Notes: generated from the sequence alone by a model not told the origin. 20,000 nucleotides of DNA from an uncultured virus (IMG/VR IMGVR_UViG_2667528152_000001) (IMGVR_UViG_2667528152_000001), one strand, 5' to 3'. Numbered from the stretch's first letter, positions 9,297 through 15,749 are shown. A program made the numbers and translations.

Positions 9297-9324
9297 ACAG
9301 TCCTCCTGCGAATTTGAGGCACAC

Positions 9325-9470
9325 AAAAAGCGTACCTATAAATTTGAGTTGCACAAATACAGGTACGCTGTTATAATATAAGCGTATCCTGTATTCTTCT
9401 TGAATATGGGTGCGTTTGGCACTGCGTAACTAATCGGATTGGCGTTTGAGTAGTTACGTGGTGTTTTTTT
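9325..9470. promoter_or_regulatory. Putative attenuator with overlapping antisense promoter
   Basis: Three mutually pairing segments (9329-9339, 9356-9369, 9381-9395). Plus-strand promoter TTGCAC(9349-9354)-17-TATAAT(9372-9377) with TG extension. Hairpin about 9421-9462 followed by a T-run. Confidence 0.65.
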
Positions 9471-9472
9471 GT

Positions 9473-9643
9473 TTACCCTTTTAGCTCATTATAGACTTTT
9501 TCGAGCCCTTCCATGAGGATATCGGTTTTGCTTTTTCCAGTCTTTTCGGTACAAAAATCAAGCATTTCTACCTCATTTTTTGAAGCTCTGACACCGATAT
9601 ACTTATCCCTTGGATTGCTAGTAGGTCGCCCCATTTTTGCCAA
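9473..9643 (-). CDS. Ribbon-helix-helix (CopG/Arc-like) DNA-binding protein, 56 aa
   Basis: MAKMGRPTSNPRDKYIGVRASKNEVEMLDFCTEKTGKSKTDILMEGLEKVYNELKG: GRP, alternating beta strand, helix-G-x-S-helix. AGGTG RBS; absent from the ORF track. Confidence 0.8.
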   Translation of the reverse strand: MAKMGRPTSNPRDKYIGVRASKNEVEMLDFCTEKTGKSKTDILMEGLEKVYNELKG

Positions 9644-9652
9644 ATCTGTCAC

Positions 9653-9736
9653 CTATCGAAAACTCAAGGCAAGATTTAACAATTGCAAGACAATTAAAAT
9701 CCCTAACAAAATTTCAGTTCTTTTTTCGTGCTTCAT
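9653..9736 (-). CDS. 27-aa single-TM peptide
   Basis: MKHEKRTEILLGILIVLQLLNLALSFR. The RBS is weak and the stop overlaps the RBS of the RHH gene. Confidence 0.5.
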   Translation of the reverse strand: MKHEKRTEILLGILIVLQLLNLALSFR

Positions 9737-9814
9737 TTGCTAGCCTGTAGGAGCTATGTTATAATCGAAGTACACGAAACCACCGAGGGCTTTCGCCCTC
9801 TGGTTTCGTTGCTT

Positions 9815-9922
9815 TTAGAGAAGTTCTCGTATGAATCTGATTATTTCTATGATTATGCCGATAATCACAAATTTATCAGTCAGCGAGAGCTTTTCTTTTT
9901 GCTTAGTTTTTCGACTTCGCAT
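9815..9922 (-). CDS. 35-aa basic/hydrophobic leader peptide
   Basis: MRSRKTKQKEKLSLTDKFVIIGIIIEIIRFIRELL. GGAAAGGA/GGAG RBS; first ORF after a consensus promoter. Confidence 0.65.
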   Translation of the reverse strand: MRSRKTKQKEKLSLTDKFVIIGIIIEIIRFIRELL

Positions 9923-9972
9923 AGCTCCGTTTCCTTTCCGTTGGATTTAGTTAATTCCTTAACCATGATTTA

Positions 9973-10017
9973 ATTATAACTTATGTTTAAACAAATGTCA
10001 ATGGTTTTGTTTAAACA
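9973..10017 (-). promoter_or_regulatory. Consensus sigma-A promoter with two palindromic operators
   Basis: TTGACA(10001-9996)-17-TATAAT(9978-9973). TGTTTAAACA palindromes at 9984-9993 and 10008-10017. Confidence 0.85.
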
Positions 10018-10207
10018 TTTTTAAATATTTTTCTTTCTCTCAAAACAGCCCTAAAATCACTTCTGAGACAGTCTGTTATCTAGACATACATTTTACCGTT
10101 CTTGTCATCAGAAGCTATCAGGATTGAAATCTCGTAGCTTTTAGAAGCTTTAAATGCTATAATACTACTCGGCACTACTACACCGCCTTAGATTGGAGGT
10201 GAGAACC

Positions 10208-10300
10208 ATGTGCGAAATATTCTTCACAACAATCATCGCACCATTATTGGTCGGCATCGTCTTGTTGCTAGTCCAAAAGTGGCTAGACAACGATGATTAG
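10208..10300 (+). CDS. fst: Fst-family type I toxin, 30 aa
   Basis: MCEIFFTTIIAPLLVGIVLLLVQKWLDNDD has the APxxVG motif, W and a charged tail. The GGAGGTG RBS lies in a 5' hairpin, with TGCTATAAT at 10155-10163. Confidence 0.93.
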   Translation: MCEIFFTTIIAPLLVGIVLLLVQKWLDNDD

Positions 10301-10317
10301 TGTCTTCTAGGAAACTA

Positions 10318-10359
10318 GAAAAATCCCCTAGTATTTGCGGTACTAGGGGATTTCTTTTT
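10318..10359. terminator. Bidirectional intrinsic terminator of the Fst locus
   Basis: AAATCCCCTAGTA-TTTGCGG-TACTAGGGGATTT, flanked by A- and T-runs. Confidence 0.9.
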
Positions 10360-10390
10360 GGCACTAAATGTGCTAAATATTCTTCACTTC
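10318..10390 (-). ncRNA. Antitoxin RNA (RNA II-like) of the Fst/par locus
   Basis: Minus-strand promoter TTGATA(10425-10420)-17-TATACT(10402-10397). Direct repeats GGCACTA (10171, 10360) and ATGTGCkAAATATTCTTCAC (10208-10227, 10368-10387). Shares a terminator with the toxin. Confidence 0.85.
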
Positions 10391-10577
10391 CCCTAAAGTA
10401 TACTACGAAAAAAACGAAATATCAAGAAAAAATACACTTTAACCGTATTAAAACGGAAATTTGTAAAATATATTTTACTCCAACGCACCCATATTCAGTT
10501 GTCAAAGGACTATGTATTTCCTACCAAACCTGCTTACCAGGCAAACCATCTAGTTCCTAATTAAAATTGGATTCCAT

Positions 10578-10724
10578 TCATCCATGTTTCAAACCTTTCA
10601 TATAATTATGAAAATCATCATAAGCTTTCGCACCAACTTCCCAGCCGTGTGTTTCAATTGTCCTTTTTGGTTTTGGTTCTTCTTTTTTTGGTTTTGTAAA
10701 AATAAAGTTAAATAATTTTTTCAT
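10578..10724 (-). CDS. Small phage protein (48 aa, MKKLFNFIFTKPKKEE...)
   Basis: GGAG RBS before ATG at 10724. Confidence 0.7.
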   Translation of the reverse strand: MKKLFNFIFTKPKKEEPKPKRTIETHGWEVGAKAYDDFHNYMKGLKHG

Positions 10725-10938
10725 TTTGTAATTTTCTCCATTCTTCAAATTTTTTAACTTTTGTTGAACGACCGCCAACCTTGTCAATGTATTTGCGATA
10801 ATTTCTGTCTTTGTACATCTTTCTTAGTAATCGCTGCGTTTGGTCAAATGACTTTCCAATAAATTCGGATAAGTCGTTATCATTAAGCCAAAGCTCTTCG
10901 TAAGGTACTTCGATACCGCTTTTAAGTTTTGCTAGCAT
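10708..10938 (-). CDS. Small DNA-binding / excisionase-like phage protein
   Basis: 76 aa, basic and HTH-like, with a GAAAGGA RBS. Confidence 0.7.
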   Translation of the reverse strand: MLAKLKSGIEVPYEELWLNDNDLSEFIGKSFDQTQRLLRKMYKDRNYRKYIDKVGGRSTKVKKFEEWRKLQNEKII

Positions 10939-11043
10939 ATTGTTTCCTTTCTGTGATATAATTAAGTAAATTAAGTTTGTTTTGAGTCCGATTCCCGTCG
11001 GACTTTTTTAGTGGTATAATCATCTCGAAAGGAGGTGATTATA

Positions 11044-11352
11044 ATGAACGACGTTTTAAAAACTAATCTTATTGCAGATGTCGCTATTTTTTCGGAAAAA
11101 AGCAATTGTAAGCTTAATGTGATTACAGCGAGTGGAATATTCACTGGAACTTTATTACCTGAAAATCCTGATAAAGCCAAGTATGCTCATGTCCTTGAAT
11201 TCTTGGAATATCGTAAAGAAAATAAAGATGACAACGAAAGATTTATGTTGCTTGTTGATGCTACTTTGTCAACATCAAAAGAATCTACTTTGAACCTTCC
11301 ATTTGTTGTTCTGTTTATTGACCAGATAATCGGCGTATCTTCTGTTCAGTAG
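11044..11352 (+). CDS. Accessory hypothetical protein (102 aa), antisense to the lytic operon
   Basis: TGGTATAAT at 11012-11020 and GAAAGGAGGTG RBS. Confidence 0.85.
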   Translation: MNDVLKTNLIADVAIFSEKSNCKLNVITASGIFTGTLLPENPDKAKYAHVLEFLEYRKENKDDNERFMLLVDATLSTSKESTLNLPFVVLFIDQIIGVSSVQ

Positions 11353-11461
11353 TTAGCGTATTACTTAACTTTTCAGAATCTACTGTTACCACAGTAGGTT
11401 CTTTTAATTCTGCTAGGATTTCTTTTAGTGTTTGGTTTATTTCTTTTAAAATAGTAATCAT
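11315..11461 (-). CDS. Small hypothetical protein (48 aa, MITILKEINQTLKEILAELK...)
   Basis: AAGGAG RBS; convergent 38-nt overlap with 11044-11352. Confidence 0.6.
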   Translation of the reverse strand: MITILKEINQTLKEILAELKEPTVVTVDSEKLSNTLTTEQKIRRLSGQ

Positions 11462-11587
11462 GTTCTTTCTCCTTAGTGATATACACTTTGATTTTGTATG
11501 AACGCTCCATAGTATGGATTTCGTTCTTGCTGTTCAGCAAATGATGGCAACTCATTTAAAACAAGCTTTCGAACAGCAGCGCAAAAA

Positions 11588-11746
11588 TTAACTATCATGA
11601 CCGATATCCTCTTCTGAAGGTGTCGGTATTTGTTTGGCAATAATCTCAACGGCAATTTTTATGCCGGTTAAGAAACCTTTTCCATAGTCAGAACCTAAAA
11701 ATTCTAAGATATTTTCAGTGATCAACTGCTTGATGTCTTCTTCCAT
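11588..11746 (-). CDS. Small hypothetical protein (52 aa, MEEDIKQLITENIL...)
   Basis: AAGGGAG RBS; translated by hand. Confidence 0.6.
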   Translation of the reverse strand: MEEDIKQLITENILEFLGSDYGKGFLTGIKIAVEIIAKQIPTPSEEDIGHDS

Positions 11747-11778
11747 TCTTTTCTCCCTTCGTTAGTTTTGTTCCTTTC

Positions 11779-12234
11779 TTACCCAATCAGTTCAAGTTCA
11801 GTCTGTTTGTTCAACAGATTAATTTTTCGTTTAGTATTCGTGCACGGTTCCCACATAGCGATATATTCAAGCGCCTCTTCTTTCTTAGATTTAGACAATT
11901 CAGCGTAGCTATTGAGATCAAATTCTGCTTTGAAATCAAGTTCCATTTCTCGGAATACTTCACTTGAAAAACGATGCTTTCTGCCTTCCTCGTCTACTTT
12001 AAAGGTTTTATAAGCTTTTGCAGATTTTCCGCCCATACAATCAATGACACGTTTACGACGTTTTTTAGTAATCATATTAATAATTCCAGGATGTAAATAA
12101 GATGTATCCATGATTTCTTGAATATCATTCTGCGCTTGCAATAATCCTTTTTCTAAGTTATCAACCTTTTCTAAAGTCACTGTCTGCATTTTTGACATTT
12201 CAATCAGTTGTTGAGTTGTTGTTAGTTCATTCAT
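11779..12234 (-). CDS. ORF6C-domain (antirepressor-associated) protein
   Basis: KRVIDCMGGK...AY...VFREM..DFK..F...SY.EL.K...EEALEYIAMWEP pattern. Confidence 0.85.
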   Translation of the reverse strand: MNELTTTQQLIEMSKMQTVTLEKVDNLEKGLLQAQNDIQEIMDTSYLHPGIINMITKKRRKRVIDCMGGKSAKAYKTFKVDEEGRKHRFSSEVFREMELDFKAEFDLNSYAELSKSKKEEALEYIAMWEPCTNTKRKINLLNKQTELELIG

Positions 12235-13154
12235 AAGACTTCTCCTTCTAAAATTTCAGTGTTCTTACGCTTCATATCAAGGTCATTAAAGAGCTTTAGA
12301 CCTCTATCGACCAAGCTATCGAACTCTTGCTTAATAAGCCCGTCACGCTGGATATAGTGCGTTTCATCAGCATAGATAAGTCCGCTCATTTCAAGTAATA
12401 GCAAATCGCCTTTTTTGAGTAGTTCAGTGATATTCTTGTATGATGCAATCTTCTTTTGATAGCTATTGAGTTTACCTTCTGACTGTTTAATCGCTTCTGT
12501 TAGCTCATCATACTTAGCTGATTTATGATTGACCTCATCACGCTTAGCATAGAATTCTTTAAGTTGACTTTTTAAATACTCCTCGTGCTGCAAGGCATCA
12601 TCAACCATCTTACTTAGTTCTTTATTCTTGCCAAGCAAAGTCTGATTAAGTTGCTTAGTGCTTTCATAATCATCTGGAATAACTTCTTTGATAACTTCTT
12701 TTTCAACGATTTTAGCACTCAAGGCTTGCTCTGCTAAATTCTCTTTTTGTTGCTCTAAACGGGCATTTTCTGATTTTAAGCGGTTGTTTTCTCGCTTGAT
12801 TTCTTGCAACTCTCTGACAGTTGGGTTATCGCCACTTTCAATCCGTTCAATCTGTTCCTGCTTTTGCTCGTCTGGTAGGGTGGCTATGAGGTAGAGGGCT
12901 GACATCCCTAAATCGTTCAACGTTGAACGATTTGAAGTTAGTTCTTCTGCAATTGCCATCATTTTTCTAGCGCTACTTGGTTCAATCCTAATACTGTCTA
13001 ACCATTTTTCAAATTGTCCATGAGATAAATCATTTTCTTTTACATGCTTTATCCTCATTCCTATTTCAAAAATTGATTGTCCTGCAAGTCTTTTAAAGCC
13101 GATTATCTCGCTTGATATAACTTGCAAATCATTTGATAATGCTGGTTCCTTCAT
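12231..13154 (-). CDS. DUF3102-domain antirepressor-like protein
   Basis: SIFEIGMRIKHVKENDLSHGQFEKWL...ALYLIATLP...TVRELQEIK followed by a coiled coil. Confidence 0.85.
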   Translation of the reverse strand: MKEPALSNDLQVISSEIIGFKRLAGQSIFEIGMRIKHVKENDLSHGQFEKWLDSIRIEPSSARKMMAIAEELTSNRSTLNDLGMSALYLIATLPDEQKQEQIERIESGDNPTVRELQEIKRENNRLKSENARLEQQKENLAEQALSAKIVEKEVIKEVIPDDYESTKQLNQTLLGKNKELSKMVDDALQHEEYLKSQLKEFYAKRDEVNHKSAKYDELTEAIKQSEGKLNSYQKKIASYKNITELLKKGDLLLLEMSGLIYADETHYIQRDGLIKQEFDSLVDRGLKLFNDLDMKRKNTEILEGEVL

Positions 13155-13172
13155 GTCGTCCTTTCTAGTATT

Positions 13173-13189
13173 GTGTTATTTTTGTCAAC
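13173..13189. promoter_or_regulatory. Distal CI/Cro-type operator
   Basis: GTGTTA-N5-GTCAAC has the same arms as the site at 15674-15690. Confidence 0.7.
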
Positions 13190-13193
13190 TTTT

Positions 13194-13400
13194 CTATGAA
13201 ATTAAAATGGCTTCTAGGACTTTTCCGGGGTCTACCCCTAAAATATCCGCTAGCATTGCCACTTCTGACGCATCAAATGATTTTTTTGGTTTTTTACGTT
13301 TCTGATAAAATCCAGAGCGTGTAAAACCCATTTTAGTCGCGATAACTTTCTTTTTAATTCCGCTATCATCAATCAATTGCTCGAAAGCATTTTCCTGCAT
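13194..13400 (-). CDS. Cro-like HTH repressor
   Basis: SGIKKKVIATKMGFTRSGFYQK...FDASEVAMLADILGV XRE-type HTH. Confidence 0.85.
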   Translation of the reverse strand: MQENAFEQLIDDSGIKKKVIATKMGFTRSGFYQKRKKPKKSFDASEVAMLADILGVDPGKVLEAILIS

Positions 13401-13440
13401 TCCCCCACCCCCTTTCTATCTGTTTTTAGTACCTCTAATC

Positions 13441-13643
13441 TGCTATAATGTGAGCAGAAAGGAGGTGAATGTAAAGATATTACTTTCTATTTTTTCGATG
13501 GCGTAACAACAACTGGTTACTTATATCTTCAAAGTCTTAAAGATAATAATTTTTCGAGCCGTTTAAAGAATGTCCTTAAAGAAGAAGGTATCCCTCTTAC
13601 ACCAACTTCTATCACAAGGACTATCGCCAAACTAACCTTGTGA
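13441..13643 (+). pseudogene. Inactivated accessory gene (promoter and RBS intact, ATG-TAA, start-less 57-codon frame)
   Basis: TGCTATAAT at 13441, GAAAGGAGGTG, and ATG at 13469 followed directly by TAA. The open frame 13470-13643 reads ...GVTTTGYLYLQSLKDNNFSSRLKNVLKEEG... Confidence 0.55.
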
Positions 13644-13841
13644 TTTTGTAAAACTCTTGGCAATTATGGAAAGTGTTACTTCAACATAGCCATCGCCAAG
13701 GGTTTTTGTCTTTACAGAATCTTCAATAACATAATGAATCCTTTTATCATCTATCAAGAAATGATTATCGGTTTCAATGATGTTATGAAGCTTCGGCGCT
13801 GGATAGTTTTTTTGGCTATACGGATATTTTTTGGGGCGCAT
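13632..13841 (-). CDS. Small phage protein of the MRPKKYPYS type
   Basis: Characteristic streptococcal phage N-terminus, with an AAGGTGG RBS. Confidence 0.8.
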   Translation of the reverse strand: MRPKKYPYSQKNYPAPKLHNIIETDNHFLIDDKRIHYVIEDSVKTKTLGDGYVEVTLSIIAKSFTKSQG

Positions 13842-13895
13842 CTATTCCACCTTCTTTCTGTGGTATAATTTAAATAAAAATTGTGAGGTATTATT

Positions 13896-14591
13896 ATGAG
13901 TAAAAAATCTTGTTTCGTAGTATCTGCTATCGGTGAGGAAAGTAGCGAAATTCGGAACCACTCAGACAGTGTTTTAAATTATATAATTAAACCTGCATTG
14001 ATCGAAAAGTATCAAGTGACCAGAGCTGACGAACTGTATCATTCAGATAGGATTGACGATAAAATATTTGATGCTTTATCCACAGCAGACTTGGTAATTG
14101 TTGATATAACAGGAAATAACCCGAATGTCTTTTTAGAACTTGGGTTTAGAAAAGCGTTGAACTTACCTACTATTTTCCTTAGACAAAAGACTGATGAAGA
14201 TATCCCTTTTGATATTAGAACTATAAATACCATTCATTACGATCTCAAAAACTCTGAAAGTAAGGTTGTGCTTGATTCTGTCCAAGAAACAATTAGACGA
14301 ATTCAAAAAACAGAAGAAAACATTGATTTTTCTATAATCCATGAACCAAACGACCAAAGTGCTTCAGTGCAAGATATTATCCAATTAAAAACTTCAATTA
14401 ACAACATCTATGATGCAATTGAAAATTTATCTGATAAAATAGAAAATAATTCTACTCAAAAAAGACCAATGACTCAGGAAGACTTAATTATGATGGCTTT
14501 TCAAGAGCCAGAAAAGTTAGAAAAGATTTTTGAGTTACAAACAAAATACCCTAATGCCTTTAACAGCCCTTCGAACGCTCTAAACGACTAA
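13896..14591 (+). CDS. Nucleoside 2-deoxyribosyltransferase-like (NDT/TIR-like fold) protein with coiled-coil tail
   Basis: SCFVVSAIG...IIKPAL...RADE...ADLVIVDITGNNPNVFLELG...IPFDI. Own promoter TGGTATAAT at 13861-13869. Confidence 0.85.
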   Translation: MSKKSCFVVSAIGEESSEIRNHSDSVLNYIIKPALIEKYQVTRADELYHSDRIDDKIFDALSTADLVIVDITGNNPNVFLELGFRKALNLPTIFLRQKTDEDIPFDIRTINTIHYDLKNSESKVVLDSVQETIRRIQKTEENIDFSIIHEPNDQSASVQDIIQLKTSINNIYDAIENLSDKIENNSTQKRPMTQEDLIMMAFQEPEKLEKIFELQTKYPNAFNSPSNALND

Positions 14592-14697
14592 TTCGCTCCT
14601 CAAGGCCTTTGATATAACCTCTTAAGAATGAGATTGAGGTTGTATTTTCTTCTTCGTTCTGTTCTATTTTTTGAACTTTTTCTTCAAGATTAATCAT
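14560..14697 (-). CDS. Small coiled-coil protein (45 aa, MINLEEKVQKIEQ...)
   Basis: GGAGAGGGG RBS; convergent 32-nt overlap with the NDT gene. Confidence 0.6.
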   Translation of the reverse strand: MINLEEKVQKIEQNEEENTTSISFLRGYIKGLEERISRLERSKGC

Positions 14698-14737
14698 TTT
14701 TCTGACCCCTCTCCTTTCCACTCCCACTTGGGAGTTT

Positions 14738-14896
14738 TTATTTTGTAATAAACCAAGCGATCAGCCAAGTGATACCACCTAGCACTAACAGTGCTGGCAA
14801 TACGCCACCTTCAAATTCAATACTTGTTTTTTCTTTGCCATTACGACTAGTAAACGTGTGTTCTAGATCGCCAAACATTAGTTTTTTCCAATTCAT
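14738..14896 (-). CDS. Small phage membrane protein (52 aa, MNWKKLMFGDLEHTF...)
   Basis: AGGAGG RBS and a C-terminal TM helix. Confidence 0.8.
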   Translation of the reverse strand: MNWKKLMFGDLEHTFTSRNGKEKTSIEFEGGVLPALLVLGGITWLIAWFITK

Positions 14897-14953
14897 TTTG
14901 TACCTCCTAAAAATGTTATAATCAACTTATCCTAGCAGAAAGGAGGATAAGCT

Positions 14954-15136
14954 ATGTATTTTGTGATTAGAAAATCTTCTAATAACCAGTTTTATTTTGT
15001 AATAAAAGCTGATAATCATGAAGTTGTGGCAACTAGTGAGACTTACTATTTTAAAGATTCTGCCATTCGAACAATAAAATCTATTAAAAAAGGTATCTCT
15101 ACTGACTCTAATGTCGTTGATATGACAAGCGATTAA
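14954..15136 (+). CDS. YegP/DUF1508-family protein
   Basis: FVIRKSSNNQFYFVIKADNHEVVATSETY...A...IKSIKK. TGTTATAAT at 14914-14922 and GAAAGGAGG RBS. Confidence 0.88.
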   Translation: MYFVIRKSSNNQFYFVIKADNHEVVATSETYYFKDSAIRTIKSIKKGISTDSNVVDMTSD

Positions 15137-15242
15137 ACAAACTTGTTAATTCAGCAGAACACTCAAGTAAGATGGCTTTATTAAACTCTGGGTCGCTATT
15201 TGCTTCTTGGAGTTTTTTTATAATGTTTTCTAATTCCTCCAT
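15108..15242 (-). CDS. Small hypothetical protein (44 aa, MEELENIIKKLQE...)
   Basis: GGAAAGGA RBS; convergent 29-nt overlap with the YegP-like gene. Confidence 0.6.
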   Translation of the reverse strand: MEELENIIKKLQEANSDPEFNKAILLECSAELTSLFNRLSYQRH

Positions 15243-15255
15243 ACAATTCCTTTCC

Positions 15256-15399
15256 TCATAGAAGTTCATTTCTTGGGTGGAACTCTTTTGTTTCCACCAG
15301 CTGAATACCATCCACCGTGATAATAATCTTGCTATGTAAACATGTCTTCGCTAGAAATTTTGAACCAGCTTCTAGTTGTTTGATTAAATCCTCTGGCAT
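15256..15399 (-). CDS. Small hypothetical protein (47 aa, MPEDLIKQLEAGS...)
   Basis: GAAAGGAG RBS; translated by hand. Confidence 0.65.
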   Translation of the reverse strand: MPEDLIKQLEAGSKFLAKTCLHSKIIITVDGIQLVETKEFHPRNELL

Positions 15400-15489
15400 A
15401 ATCTCTCCTTTCATTCTTGCAGAGATACAGCCGATGTGCTAAACTAAACTTACCCCGTTAGGGGTGGGGGAATTTCACCCCCTATCCGA

Positions 15490-15591
15490 TTACCTCGTAA
15501 TCAGATATTTGATTTTGAGCTTAAACCAAAGAATCTTGATTTCGACTTCTAGTTCTTTGTGTTTAGGCTTTTTGTTTAGCCTAGATTTCAT
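15490..15591 (-). CDS. 33-aa basic leader peptide, first ORF of the lytic transcript
   Basis: MKSRLNKKPKHKELEVEIKILWFKLKIKYLITR, with a GAAAGGAGGT RBS. Confidence 0.7.
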   Translation of the reverse strand: MKSRLNKKPKHKELEVEIKILWFKLKIKYLITR

Positions 15592-15637
15592 CAGCTGTAC
15601 CTCCTTTCGTTTTGCTTAATTCCTTAAGCTTGATTAT

Positions 15638-15749
15638 AGTTTAACATCGTGTTTCCTTTTTGTCAACTATTTTGTGTTAAAAAAGTCAACTTTTTTGAAT
15701 TTGATTTTTTGCCATTTTTGTTGACATTTTGTAAACATGTAATTATAAT
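15638..15749. promoter_or_regulatory. Lysis/lysogeny switch: divergent promoters and three 17-bp operators
   Basis: Minus strand: TTGACA(15666-15661)-17-TAAACT(15643-15638). Plus strand: TTGACA(15721-15726)-17-TATAAT(15744-15749). GTxxxx-N5-GTCAAC sites at 15651-15667, 15674-15690 and 15720-15736 (inverted). Confidence 0.85.

Noticed and set aside
9513..9973. Plus-strand ORFs 9513-9743 and 9728-9973
   Set aside because: They are shadows of the minus-strand RHH and peptide genes, which have promoter and RBS support.
10472..10505. Minus-strand TTGACA at 10505-10500 as a promoter -35
   Set aside because: The nearest -10-like hexamer (TAAAAT) is 22 nt away, and the motif fits the boxA-like sequence better.
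10300..10560. 86-aa plus-strand ORF
   Set aside because: It runs through the Fst terminator and antitoxin promoter and has no RBS, so it is spurious.
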